This document shows, in pieces, positions 1 through 12,809 of a stretch of DNA of 64,000 nt (positions within the stretch are counted from its first letter, which is position 1; each line of letters begins with the position of its first letter). The position numbers and the translations under genes are program-made. The DNA lies in the NCBI RefSeq assembly GCF_963853765.1, contig NC_088855.1, positions 33,418,001-33,482,000 of the forward strand, given 5' to 3'. The notes under the pieces were generated by a model, which did no database searches, was not told where the DNA came from, and saw only the letters and a list, made by a program, of their open reading frames with translations. The stretch is from Magallana gigas (Eukaryota).

Positions 1-1746
1 GGACAGGCTTACGGCAACATCGTTTGCTCCAATAACTGTTATATCATATGGTTTGGCTGACAATACCTTTTCACCAAGCCACGTATATTCTTTGTTGAAG
101 AGTTTCAGCTTTCGATGGGTCTGAAAAGTGCAGTTTTATTTTAAGAGGTATATAGATATAAGACACAGTTCTAAATAAAGTAGAAATCTGTTTACTAATT
201 TACATACCTGATCTACCAAGATAATTTTGTCGTTACCAATGAATTCTGCTCCTGTAAAACAACAGTTTTCTCTATCTTGGATCGTACGAGCTTTGAAGAA
301 GAAGTCGAGAGAAGCCTGTTTGGGAGCTAGTCTCTTAGTCGGTGTAGCTGACTTTGGTGAAAGAATGAGTTGTGGAAGTGACCTTGCAGAAGCAATGGGG
401 GACAATCTTGTGTGGATAATTCCGTTGCCAGCCGATGTTTGCGGGGATTTAGGGACGTTCGTTGGTGGCGATTCCATTTTTAAAGTCAAGGACAATGGAG
501 GAGTTCTCCGAGTGGATGATGGTGATTGTGGTATGCTTTGATAAGCTACTGTTTCTTCTTCTATTTGGTTCAGTTTAGCTTCTTGCTCGAGATTGTACGG
601 TGGAGCAATATGAACAGGGGCATATGTCAGCGTTATCCTTCCAATATCTTTTAGTGCGTTCGACATTGATTGAAGCTGTTTGTCTGGGACAAAATTCAGG
701 AAGACATCCTTCATTTCGCGAGTTATGTCTGCGAGAGTGTTTTCACCGACATGGGTTTCATGTTTAACCTTGTCTATCGTTAGCAAGACATCCGTATCCG
801 ACCCATGTTTCAGTGCGTTCTGCAGCAGAGACAGGGCGTTGTCGGTTGTGCTTGCGATCCCATCACAACTCTCGATGTCAGAGTCGTTGTGGATTTTCTC
901 CTGTAGCTTGATCTTTTTGATTTCTTCGGTCAATTTGTATTCTTTGGCTTTCAATAAATCATTCATTTGTTGTCGAAGACCTGCTATCTGCTGGCATAGT
1001 TGAAAAGATGAATCTTCCATAGTCTTTAAGCTATGCTTGCGATTTTCTGAAATTCTGTTGGCCCAGTCTCGTTGCATCCTTAGCTTCTCGATAATAGCTT
1101 CTGCTTGCAGCCTTTGTTTGTCAGCTGCTTCCTCGCAAGACATAACATTGTTGCATTTTCTGTGATCCAACGTCACGCACGAGGAGCAGACGACATGGTT
1201 GTGATCCTCGCAGAAGAAAGACAGCTCGGTTCCGTCGTGGTCAGGACATGGCGGCCTGTTAGCCGAGTCTTTTATCGGTTGGTGTTGGAGGTCAGTCATG
1301 CTGATTAGATTGTGGTGTTGCAGGTATTTCAGAGATTTATGGAAGGATTCGCATTGTTCGCAATAAGCCTCTGAGCATTCCTTACACCATTTTACCGCCA
1401 TAGTTTTATCGTTACGTTTGCAACATGGATCGCATTCCCTATTTTCTGTCCGCAAACGGACATTCTCCATCAAGTTTTTAACGAAGTGGTTTACCGGGAA
1501 AGATTCCACCCAGTGCTGCGGGGCTTGTTGCGGGTCTGGGGCATCCACTTGTCGTTTACATTTTGGACAATTAAAACCTCTGGCCAATTTTTGTCCCTTA
1601 GTAGACTCTACGATGTGACGACTTATACATTCTTTACAGAAAGAATGGAGACATGGAAGTCCCACAGGATCTTTGAAATCCTCTTCACAAATCGAGCAGG
1701 TCAAGAAAGCCTCAGCGACGTCAGGTTCATACATAGACCCTGCCAT
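1..1746 (-). CDS. TRIM-family E3 ligase-like protein (RING, B-box1, B-box2, coiled coil, Pro/Ser-rich linker, start of an NHL/beta-propeller-like domain); 3' part lies beyond the window edge
   Basis: Exons 1746..208 and 120..<1. Acceptor ctag|GAAATG at 1749; donor CAG|GTATGT at 208/207; acceptor tttcag|ACC at 120, giving ...IILVDQ|THRKLKLFNKEY... RING CSIC..CLHSFCKEC..CPKC; B-boxes CDPC..CKECSEAYCEQC..H and CPDH..FCEDH..VCSSC..DH. The ORF-track tail after DQ is intron read-through. Confidence 0.9.
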
Positions 1747-2497
1747 TTCCTAGACTGCTTAACAAAAATAGTTTATATCTGTAATTTTGGTTTTGTCGAA
1801 ATTCAAAAAACTTGGGTACAGAAATGGAACTCGTTTGAAATTTTCATTTAATTAACAAAATGATAATACTAGTACATTTTAAAGGATTTCTTCTGTTCTT
1901 GTTCTGTTCCTTTTTACACTGTTTCTTTAATACAGACAATTTCAGGTTTACCTACCTTAATAAGAACTATTATTCTTCAAAGTAAGGTCTCTTTTACACT
2001 AGCCATATGGTTGTTTAATACACAACTCTTGGTGTAAAAATCTTTGCAGAAGTGGCAAATTTTAGAGTAAAGGTTGTTTAAAGCCAACCTAAAACAAAAG
2101 ACCCACTTTTCCAGTTAACCGATCTTTTACAAAATAAGCAACACCGTGTAATGCATCAATGAATAAATAACATTTTATTTAGAACACTTATTGTACAAAG
2201 ACGTGTAAAAACTGTAATACTAGACAAAAAGGACACAATATTGCATTTCATGTAAAATATAAATATATTATTATATACTATTGAAATGTATAAATATCTG
2301 CTTTTAAGTAAAGATAATGACTGTTCACTCTCTGACATATACGTATACATGTACATGTGAATATATAAGTTCGAAAATGACCATTATGTATTCATTGCTG
2401 TTTTTAAGTGAAATGAAACCCCGAAGGTATGATGTTGAGCTTTTTTTTACGATCGGCGAAAACAATGTTGCTTCATTGACATACGTGTAGCAGATGT

Positions 2498-2838
2498 TTA
2501 AGGTAGCTCAGTACACCAATGCTTATACTTTTTATGACACAAAATCCCAAGATGGAAATTAAAACGTTTTGTGAAATTGTTAGTATCAATCGATTTGGTT
2601 GAATATCATCAGTAGTTTCAGTGATAGGTTTGTGAACCGCAGATCCCAAGTTCAAATCCGCCATCGGCTTTTGTTCATATTTACTGAATAAAATTTTTGA
2701 AAATCATAACCGACCCAACCCCACCCTACCCCCAAATTGCTTGTTTTGACCTATTTGAATTACACACTTCTTATGCATCATGCTATCTTTAATCAAGTAG
2801 TGTCTGCTGATTTGAGAAACAAGCTGAAGCCACCTTAA
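2498..2838. mobile_element. TTAA-flanked non-autonomous TIR element (Kolobok/piggyBac-like MITE), family A, older copy
   Basis: TTAA at 2498-2501 and 2835-2838. Imperfect TIR GGTAGCTCAG / revcomp GGTGGCTTCAG. Colinear with the copy at 23134-23481 (shared CAAGATGG, GTGAACCG.AGATC, GGCTTTTGTTCAT.TTTACTGAAT, CTGCTGATTTGAGAAAC). Confidence 0.7.
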
Positions 2839-2881
2839 TGATAACACATTTATAGCTGCCCATCGATCGTTAAATGTTTCA

Positions 2882-4328
2882 TCAGGAATCTACAAATGGC
2901 CGGACAAGAATGGCGGGTACCTGGTCTTTTTTCACAACACGTCTTGTAAATTCACCTTCAGGGTTTATGTAAGCCGGCTGCGAGTCCGTCTTGTTCAAGT
3001 TTGAGCGACCACTAGCGCCATAATATCTATGCTCGGCTTGTATCTTAAGTATGACTGTATAAGTAAACCCTTTTGACACCACAGGTGGAGAGGAAAATTT
3101 GATTTGGTACGTTTGTTTCTTTTTGTTGATCACAAGCCTTTCTTTGCATTTTGCCTTTTCCTGATTGTCCATGTCGTAAACGTTCAAAAAAACGTCATAG
3201 TGTTCTTCGTCATATCCGGTTCCATCTATTTCAACGCCATCTATAAACACTTCTCGCGATGACGAAAACGCTATGGCAGTGGTTTCGTTGTGCATACAGT
3301 TTACAGGACCAAACCTCCAGTGGAGCGTTTGGTTTTCACCCTTTGACCTTTTGTCTGTCCTGAACCTCTTCACATCTTTGTTTACACCACTAAAGTAATT
3401 CTGTAAGTTTTTCCTTTCCTCTGTTGTAAGAATATCGGATTTAATCACAGTTTTGGTATAATAACTAGCCTCCAGTGCTGGTATTCTAATATAATACAAG
3501 ATTCCACCAAGATACCGTCGCTGGTTTTGCGGAGAAACAATCACGCCATTCCTTAAACACTCTTGTTCGGACCACCGTAACGCCGCATCGAACACCACTT
3601 CCTCTTTTGCATCCAATTTATCCGATTGAATAATCTCCTTGACTAGAGTGGCTGAAAGATTCCCAAAGCTGCTTGAGCGAAGAATATCTTTTGGTTGATG
3701 CCAAATATATTCCATGCACTTGTTTTTCAATGTCAATTCATCAAACTTGTCCGCCTCATGAAGGATGTTGCAAACATTGCTTGTTGTAAGTCCGTGTTCC
3801 AATACACGCCGACATTTTTCTTCGAGTCCAGTTATGCCATACTTTCGTGCTGAGTACAGAATTTGTATCGCATTCGTTGTATCCACTTTTGTATCTTCGC
3901 TGTATATGTACCTTTAAGTGATAAATTTTAAATTGTATTAAGTATTTTAAAAAATCATTGAAAACCTTTTAAATGATAACAAAAGTCAACAAAGACGTCA
4001 ACGTTTGCCAGTATCAAAATTAATGTTCAATTTAAGATTCATTTTTACATTTTTTATCGGATAGGTTGTCTTACTCTAACATATGTTGAAAAATGTCGTT
4101 TTCTATATCTGGGATGGCTATTTTCTCGTCCACTTTTCCTGCCATCGGTCCAATAAGCATAGCGTAAAATACACAGCTACGACTGACCAGGACATATCGA
4201 TGGGCCCCGACCATTTGGCGACTTTCTCCGACCAAGAAAAAAACATCGAACGCGATCTCATTGATCAACATGTGTCGGTTACACTCTGCTAACGTTTTGT
4301 TGGCTTGCCAGTCATACTGAGCTGTCAT
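2882..4328 (-). CDS. BTB/POZ-BACK-PHR domain protein (BTBD1/2/3/6-like family, divergent)
   Basis: Two coding exons, 4328..4075 and 3911..2882. Acceptor ttcag|GTTCGG at 4339; donor TTAGA|GTAAGA; acceptor ttaaag|GTAC; joined frame HMLE-YIYSED. N-terminal DWQANKTLAECNRHML..DVFFLVG..AHRYVL..S.VFYAM is typical of this family. BACK: EEVVFDAALRWSEQEC. C-terminal DQVPAIL is PHR-like. Confidence 0.85.
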
Positions 4329-7300
4329 GTCGTCCGAACCTGAAACGATAATATTAATTGCATTAGATATGCTGATGATCTGCAATATTTCTCGGAAATC
4401 TAAACAAAAGTTAAAGATTTCCCTGAATCAACTGAAATCACATCCACGAGGCTACTGCATTAGATATGCTAAATATCTGCAATGAATCGACAGAATTATG
4501 GACCAAATTTGAACCTAGTTCTCCCTTAAACAACATTGAGTATATCAAAACGAAATTGTGCACTAACATATGCTTAAATTTTTTTTTTAATCAAACAAAT
4601 TAGTAAGAATTTTCACACCTACTGATAGTTAAGTTAAAGAGAGTTCCGTCAGCATTGATAGATATCTCGTAAAAAGGTTCTAAACATAAATCTATCCGTT
4701 ACTAGTAAACAGCAGCAGCTACTGCAGACATCTTCGCATGCGCAGACGATGAGAAACTTGTTTCCTTAGAGAACTTAAGAAACAGACACAAAACGGTAAC
4801 AAACACCCATAACCAGTAAGTCTGAAAAGTTCAAATGTACAGCGGAAGATTCAAACAATTTAAATAATGATTTAAAGTCTGTTATCGATTCACGCAGAAC
4901 TGCCACATCAATACATTGTTCAGAAAAAACTTTTAAAGCTTGGACAAAGAATTCTTCTGCCGTAAAAAAAATAACATACAGATGACGGGGAGCATTGGAA
5001 GCATTGATTCTACGTGGGGCTATAGCTGAATGAATTTGCAAGTCGGTCATTTCGTACAACATCACTGTGAATTGTGCAGACGATAGAAGGTTTTCAATGG
5101 TCTGAAGTTATATTTCTTTGTTCGCGAAGGAGGCCTACATAAGAGTGTTGAATCAGCTCGTCGAAAAGCTTGGACGGATCAATTTGTTGTAATAATGTAA
5201 GCTATAGAGCCACTGCTTTACTTTATTGAATTTTTTTTCCAATAAATTTTCTGTTTACTTTTGAAAACGTTTGCATGCATTGATAAAATGCAATTTGTTG
5301 ACAGAAAAAAAGGCATTAACATTTTTGGTCATAGTCAGGTGGAGTTGCTTTTTGATGGTTTGCCGATAATGAACATGAAATGGCACGCACAATTTAGGCA
5401 TTGTAGTGCACGCTGAATAATCTTTTAATTTATTCAACACATGTATTCGTGAACACATAGTTTGATTTCGGTACATATAAGATTTTTCTTCTTAATTTTA
5501 TTGTAGTCTAAGAGTACAGTACTATAGTACAGATTCCTAGATCTTCCTTACGTAATAGTCGCAATGAATGTATGTTTCATGTAACTATTTCTTTCCTAGA
5601 GTACACATGACACGCACTGTTAAGGAGACGCTCCTAAATATAGGCCTACCAGTATCCTAGATCTCACACTAGATTTTGAGACTGACCTTTTTTGTGTTGT
5701 ACTTTAATCACTATAAAGGACAACATAATATATCAGTCATTAAAACAACAGACAGTCGTAAATCACAAGCAAACAAAAAAAAAAAGCAAGGTGTGAAATA
5801 CCGTCAACCAGTATAACAACAGAATTGGCTGAACATCCGTATCCAGGCAAGCTACAAATACAACGAAATTGTTGTTTTATACAGTTAATGCCTTTGACGG
5901 ATAATTTTTCAAAGAAAATGCGTTGTACATGTTTTTACCAGTATCTGAATAACTATTGCATCGTTAGCATCTTAATTAATCCCCCTTCCTCGTCGGACAG
6001 GATAGAGTATATATATTAATATGCTTTAGTTTAAACTTGGTGTTGGAATGACATTTCGAATAAAACTATCGCAGATCATTACATAACCTAGGACTTTCTT
6101 AGCTCATTTGCGAGGAGTATAACAGAAATTCGCCAAAGTAAAGCATGGCCATCGTCGCAAACCACGAGAGAGGCATATATAACGATGACTCCGGACCGTG
6201 GTTTCAGACGATGACAAGAAGCCTACCTGATAGGTGAGGAGATGAGCGATGATCGATGTACGAACCATCCCTATACAACTGTTTGATTGTTTCCAAGTCT
6301 TCCATTGTCTTTACACCTATACCGACAACAGGTATATATAAACTGATAAATGGGAAATAGCACTCGAGTGACTAGGCTGGGTAGACCTTCGAACGCACCC
6401 TTCAATTAATCAAATTAATCGAAGTGCTCCATGACTAATCGGGCCTAGAAAGTCGATCGGTAATCCTCTTATAAAACAAAAACTTGATAAATGTATAAGG
6501 TATACAAACCGATTGAAACTGTATCCGCCTTTTGGAATTTAGCACCGATTACGTTTTTGGCATGTAGCGCTGGGAGCTTGTTTTTCATGTGTGACACAGT
6601 TTATGATAAACATGAAAGGTTGTACCTCCGAAAAAAATTTAAAGACACTTCAATAAAGCGCTGACACAAATCCGTTAATGATACCTATACAGATAATTTA
6701 CAGATACACGTCTTTTTTTTTTATTTTTACATGCAGACAGGTTTAAATGTACAAGCCTCCTAACGGCAAAGGCGGTTTTTTAAATTTGAGCGACAATTTA
6801 ATTGAGTATATTTGTATTGCTTTTTAATTTTTTTTTTTTTTGACTGGTTTTTATTTCAGTCGCTCTTGCAATCGTGGAATCTTCCACTACTCAAAATCAA
6901 TATGATCCCTTTTGTTGAACCAAGGTCTAAAACAAATTTAAAAATCCGGACAGAACAGTTCTCTCATTAAAGTTATTTCAACAACGAATTCAAACAAAAT
7001 GACATTAAACTTCCTACACTTCAATGATAACAACGGATCTGTCGACCCAACTGTGTGTGTACCAGCTTGAGATGGAATTTAGTGGAACCTATTGATTTAA
7101 CACCCGTCATATTTATATCGTATCAATTAAAATGCGTTCCAGAAATGAATGAGTGAACAGAGGTCAGGACGCACACTACTTAATTTTAAATTTTATACGT
7201 ATGTTCCTTTATACACTGTACAAATATAAAAATAATTTACGTCCAGTGTTTACAATTAAAACATATTTTTATTTAGATATAATAAACATAAATATGATAT

Positions 7301-7789
7301 AAGCATATCTTTTCGCAAAGCTTTACATTGTGGAGGCCTCTTGTAACTGCTTGCCATAATACTCAGTTATCCGGTCATGTGAGTTACAACTGAGTGGGCC
7401 AAGTGGAGTTGCGATGAAAGGACCTGATAACATTTTGTGAGGCGAGTTCGAATGGTCATTCGGATGGAGCCATATTTCACCTTTACAAGTCCAGTTTCAC
7501 GGAGAAATGTGTTTAATTGCAACAGTCCAAGATGTGAAGACCATAACTAAAACTTACAGAGGTAAAGCTTTACTATATTCCCAGCCGAGGAAAACGCGAA
7601 AGAAACATGGACAGAGGGTTGAGCGAACAGAGGCTTATTTAAAATACTGCAAATAATGCAATACCCTTCTATTTCTATAATTAATGTTTAGTGCTATCAA
7701 GTCTAAATTCGTTAAATTATGATTTGTTCAATTTTGGAAAAAATAGAACAGTTAAGGTCAAGAACGTGTAGCATGTGACCTGGCTTTGG

Positions 7790-8760
7790 CAATGTTTGGT
7801 CGGCCTAGCGATGCATGTTCAGTAGGTGGGAGTTTGTTGGGAAAAAAAATAAAACAAACAAACAACAACAAACAAACAACAATAAAAAACCTACCGACAC
7901 ATGGTCATGGAGCTTATGTTAACATTGGGCGTCGTCCGGGTTTTAGGAGCAGGTCCCATAGTTCAAATCTAAGTTATTACAGGTCCCAACTTCATCAAAC
8001 TTGCTTGGGTGGTTCATCTGGGAATATTTATGGAATTATATACAGACTGTAAAACTGAACCAAAGACATTAATTCAGATGCTGGATGAGGCTAAAAATTT
8101 TGAAACAGGTGCCATTTGATGGCTATATCCTATGGTCATATATATCTTCACCAAACTTGAGTGGATAGTACAATGAACATGCTTCTATCAGGGCTGGATG
8201 CTTATAATCGTAGGAATACATATATGTTTCAAATATACTAAAGGAAGTTAAAGTATTTGGAGCGAGTTTAAGATTTTTGAGCATGAAGGAGTCCTGTAAT
8301 AACATATTTTATTTACTTATAACATTATAACATAGCATTATACCACTTGGGTGGATGATGCATCTTGAATGATACTATATACTCAACAGGCGGTGATGCT
8401 GAATGTATGATACATGTTTGCGATGCTGAAGGAACTAAAGTTTCGGAGCAAATGTCTAATGGCCGGTATTATTATGGAAAATGTATGTAGTTGACATGAT
8501 CATGCTAATATGGTGTATATGCGTGATCAGTAAATTCCATATGGGGCGAGAGCGGAACTCAAGCCTCATGTGAAATTCACTGACCTTGTATAAACCATAT
8601 TAGGTCAACTACAAACCATGTAACTAAATTATTGCTCCAACCTTCATCAAACATGGATGGATGGTGCATCTTGTGATATATTGATGCACTTTAACGGGCT
8701 TGGGTGCTAAATATAGGCCTAAGTCGGATGCTGAAGCAGATCATATATCTAAGTAATTAA
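7790..8760. repeat. Degenerate interspersed-repeat relics (HINE/Helentron-like monomer fragments) including a ~140-bp small MITE
   Basis: Recurring motif CCAA(C)TTCA(T/C)CAAAC(T/A)TG at ~7986, ~8145 and ~8636. Inverted pair TGTAGTTGAC..CTAATATGGT (~8481-8512) and ACCATATTAGGTCAACTACA (~8594-8613). Confidence 0.35.
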
Positions 8761-9632
8761 TTACTGTTGGTTCTAAACTTGTATAGTTGATATAAGTACA
8801 TGTATGTTTATGAAAGTACAAAGCAGGTTTCAAATAAGGAGCTTGATTATCCGGATGCGTTGAATCACTCTCGTCATTTATGTAATCAGGTACGTAAAAT
8901 CGCGTGGTTTCCACATGTATGTTTATTGATATTCATGCACAAAACAATGTGATGATGTAGTTGATTTTTTTTTTATTATATATCGCTTGTCTTACATTAG
9001 CAAAAAAATTCGAAAAAGAAGTAAATCCAATTCCTTACATATAAACGGACGTTGCTTTTGACAACGCGAATGTTGCTTTAATTGTAAAAGCGTCTCATAT
9101 TTTCATAACTTAATTAAAATATGGTTTAAAAATGTTTAAATTGTGATTTAAAAAAAATACATAAACATATATTCGGTGTGGAATGGACAAAAAAAATTAT
9201 TTGGACGGGCAGTGCAGGTCTAAGCTTCAATCGCCCCTTATAAAGTATAGTTTGTTCGATTAAAAAAAAAAAAAACGTGAACAGATATAACCATGATAAC
9301 ATTTTCTTTATCAATTCCGTTTATAATTTGTTACATCATCCATATTATTTAGTTACTAACCAAAAAATACAAGAATCTGATACATACTTTTTCAGTTTTA
9401 GTATTCACATATTTTAAGCGATATTTGTAGCCTCTTCTGTTTCATTGAAGGTTTGAAATTTTGCAACGATTAATTCAAAAGGAGAATTAAGAGCGTACAA
9501 TGTCTGTCGATTCCCCCGCACCTAGGATATTCAAACAACTTAATTGTGTAAATCTCATAATAAAAAAAAATCTTACATTTGAAGGTGTGCATCAGTACAT
9601 GTATAATATAGAACTGCATATTCTAATGCGGA

Positions 9633-9730
9633 TTAAGTTGCGAGGGCGAAAAACGCCTTCGCAACTTCGTCATCGCATCTTTGCGCTTCGCCGTCGCATC
9701 TTCGCACTTTCGCCCTCGCAACAACATAAT
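9633..9730. mobile_element. Short MITE-like element with terminal inverted repeats and internal TCGCATCTT repeats
   Basis: GTTGCGAGGGCGAAA at the left end and TTTCGCCCTCGCAAC at the right end. Confidence 0.55.
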
Positions 9731-9744
9731 AAACAACGTATACA

Positions 9745-10002
9745 CAGACACGTAGCATCGTTTTTGAAAGTGGGGGGGGGGGGCAGACTCATCCAAAAAA
9801 TCTTGACAAGCAAAAAAATTAAAAAAAAGAGGACAATTTAAAGTTTCCCAAAATCTTCAAAATCCTAATCTGTATGTTTTTTACATACTCCCAAAAAAGT
9901 GGGGGGGGGGGGGGGGGGGGCAACTCCATGATAATTCAATGTTTTATATACATGTAAATTTGTTGCTGCCCCCCCCCCCCCCCTTCTGATGCTACGTGCC
10001 TG
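9745..10002. mobile_element. MITE with CAG(A/G)CACGTAGCATC termini and internal poly-G/poly-C tracts
   Basis: Left end CAGACACGTAGCATCG, right end GATGCTACGTGCCTG. A second partial copy lies in opposite orientation at ~63305-63427. Confidence 0.6.
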
Positions 10003-10239
10003 TTACAAGCCAAGAATACATATTCTATTAACATTTGAACAAGTAATAGTTTTTTTTGCTCCAAGCTAGTGGGGGAATACTGTCCTTTATGGTTTGTTCT
10101 GAGCTACACATTCAGTAATATTGCAACATTAATAGATTCAGCATCCTTTTCCAGTTTCCAAACATGTTCAATTCGAGATTTTCACATTACATTTTACTCT
10201 AATAGTGTTTCCACATAAATCCGCAAGCAATATGTAGTC

Positions 10240-10330
10240 TTTTATATTGATCCGTGACGCGTAAAGTTTGACGTTTATCTCCCTTGGCAATTGGAGAAAT
10301 AAGCGTCACGTGACATTTTCAAGATGGCAG
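10240..10330 (+). promoter_or_regulatory. Putative UBE2L3 proximal promoter
   Basis: CpG-containing patch in AT-rich DNA, with GCGTCACGTGAC (E-box/CRE-like) and a YY1-like CAAGATGGC overlapping the ATG. Motif inference only. Confidence 0.35.
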
Positions 10331-12809
10331 CGACCAGGCGGCTTCAGAAGGTAAATAAGGAAAAACCCTTTCCCGTTAGATTTTGTATCCATTTTGTGTT
10401 AAATTTAAATGTATTTACACACTCCTTTGTCCTTCTGCTTTTTATTGTTATTTTATATACTCCAGTAAAGTTGTTTTCATATTGTAAGGCGTGTCTTCTG
10501 CGTGACTGGAACAGGATTAAAATTTGTTTTAACAAAATATAAAGACATACAGCTAGATATACTCTACATAATTTCAGTCATATATTAATTTTCCCATTAG
10601 AATTCACTGTGTACTCTCAAGTTATATATGCTCTCACCAGGATATTAAAAAACGTCAAAAATTGCATTGGTATTTTGAAAGAACTGCAGTGTCATACTTT
10701 GTCCCAGGTTACAATTTCCTTTTATTTTTCGATATAATAGTAACCTATTTGTGTTCAAACAACACTCGTGTACTAGAATGAATAATATCAAAGAATTTTG
10801 TTTCAAAATGACCACCTTATCAAGTTAGGGTGAATTTAGACAGCTAAAAATAAAAAGTCTGACCCTTGCTTTTGTATTGCATAAGACATAAAAGCACCTA
10901 TAGATGATAGATTTGTAAATTTGTGTAAACTGCTCTGAAACTTTCCAATTGATTAAAAGATAATATATTTTTTCAATTAAAACTTTTCATAAGAAATTTG
11001 TTTCCAACCTTGTCAATTTTTCTGGGTAAAAGGGGGTACAACGTGTCAAAGAGGAAATCTTTGGACTTCCTGACTTGTATCAAATTCAACTGTTCTTCAG
11101 TGTTTGTTATGTTGTATACATTGTAAGAAAATTAGGAAAAAGGTTATAGAATATCAAATGGTAACTGAGGGAAAGAGCATCGTAACACTAATCTAATAAA
11201 TTGAAGAAACATTGGTAGATACAGTATTAATTCACTTTGAAGATGAATTAGAATTCTCTTTGATGAAAAATGTACTTGCATATACATAATGTATGATTGG
11301 ATAAAATGAGTCTGTGCTGAGTCAGAACCAAAAAATAGGCAGATTCAAACTCTGAATTATTATTAACATTGATACTTTTAAATGTGAATTTTGACTTTTT
11401 GTGAAAAATCTCATATTTTATAAGACATGTTTTATGTACATGAAAGAAGATGCAGGAATTTACCCCAGAGAAACTGCTCATCATTTTAAAATATGAGTGT
11501 AACTAAAATATTTAAATTCTTGTTTGAACAGGAACTTGGAGATTTGAGGAAAAGTGACGTTAAATATTTCAGAAATATACAGGTGGATGAATCAAACATA
11601 TTGCTATGGCAAGGACTCATAGTCCCAGTGAGTATTGCATACCGGCATATTTAACGTTATAAAAAAGTTGTTGATCTGTTTATGTACAGTAATCATATTA
11701 TGAATGATAATACATGTAATGTTGCACTTTTTATAGTGCACATATCATATGTGATCTGTCCAGTGTTAAGATTATTGAAGTAAAAATGTTTTGCCTTTTT
11801 CCTTTAGGATCAACCTCCATATAACAAAGGAGCTTTTAAGATTGAAATAACATTTCCAGCAGAGTATCCATTTAAACCACCAAAAGTAAATTTTAAGACG
11901 AAGATTTATCATCCAAATATTGATGAAAAAGGACAAGTTTGTTTACCAATTATTAGTCCTGAGAACTGGAAGCCAGCTACTAAAACAGATCAGGGTAAAT
12001 ATTACAGATTGGAAAAATGACAGCTTATGAATTTGTTGTTATCTGTAGAACTGCTTATGCTACATGCTGGTACTTCTTTTTTATGATGCCAAATTATGAA
12101 AAAAAATAAAAAATAAATGTAGGTTTCATAATACAGCTGTAGTCTGATCAAATGGAGATTTATTCGTTTTATAATTGTAGACATTCTATTCCAATTATTT
12201 CATATTTCATACAAATGTAGTTGACCAGACAAGAATGAAGATTATGTTAGTATGATTGTTAGAAAAACTGTCTTTGTCTATCAGACATTTTTAAAGATTT
12301 TTTTAAAATTTTGACAAGATAAATAAACATACAAATGTAGTTGACCAAACAAGAATGAAGTTTATGTTAATACAATTACTACTAATTTAGGGAAAAACTG
12401 GCTTTGTTATCAGAAATTTTTAATGATCAATTTTTGAAATTTTGACAAGAATAATAAACATTAAATTGAACTTCAATATCTTTATAGCTCAAATAACAAG
12501 TATGTCATACAAAATTGAAAATTCTAACACAGATATGTTGTAGTTTTATCTTGGTATAATCAAGTTCAAGTTAGTTAGCCAAAAGTTTGACTGTATTTCA
12601 GCTTAAAGTATCATATCTTTGATGCCTATACTTTTTCATCTGTTTCTTTTGCAGTTATACAATCATTAATAGACTTAGTTCATTGTCCTGAACCAGAGCA
12701 CCCTCTCAGGGCGGATGTTGCCGAGGAGTTTTCAAAAAACAATGCCAAATTTATGAAAAATGCCGAGGACTTCACAAAGAAAAATGCAGAGAAACGCCCA
12801 GCTGATTAA
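10324..12809 (+). CDS. UBE2L3: Ubiquitin-conjugating enzyme E2 L3 (UbcH7)
   Basis: Exons 10324-10350, 11532-11627, 11808-11994 and 12655-12809, all GT-AG, giving 154 aa: [97 protein letters not shown]. Catalytic Cys is in QVCLP. AATAAA at ~13747. Confidence 0.97.
12209..12461. repeat. Imperfect ~120-130 bp tandem duplication in UBE2L3 intron 3
   Basis: Two copies beginning ATACAAATGTAGTTGACCA.ACAAGAATGAAG and ending TTTTGACAAGA..AATAAACAT. Confidence 0.7.

Noticed and set aside
227-1851. Plus-strand ORFs overlapping the TRIM exon
   Set aside because: Antisense shadows of a real coding exon.
4860-5195. Plus-strand frame interrupted only by TGA codons (possible numt or selenoprotein)
   Set aside because: No resemblance to a mitochondrial protein. 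It is the antisense frame of the minus-strand open stretch, so openness is expected.
7440-7660. ~70-codon open stretch in a GC-richer patch
   Set aside because: No start codon, splice context or recognisable motif.
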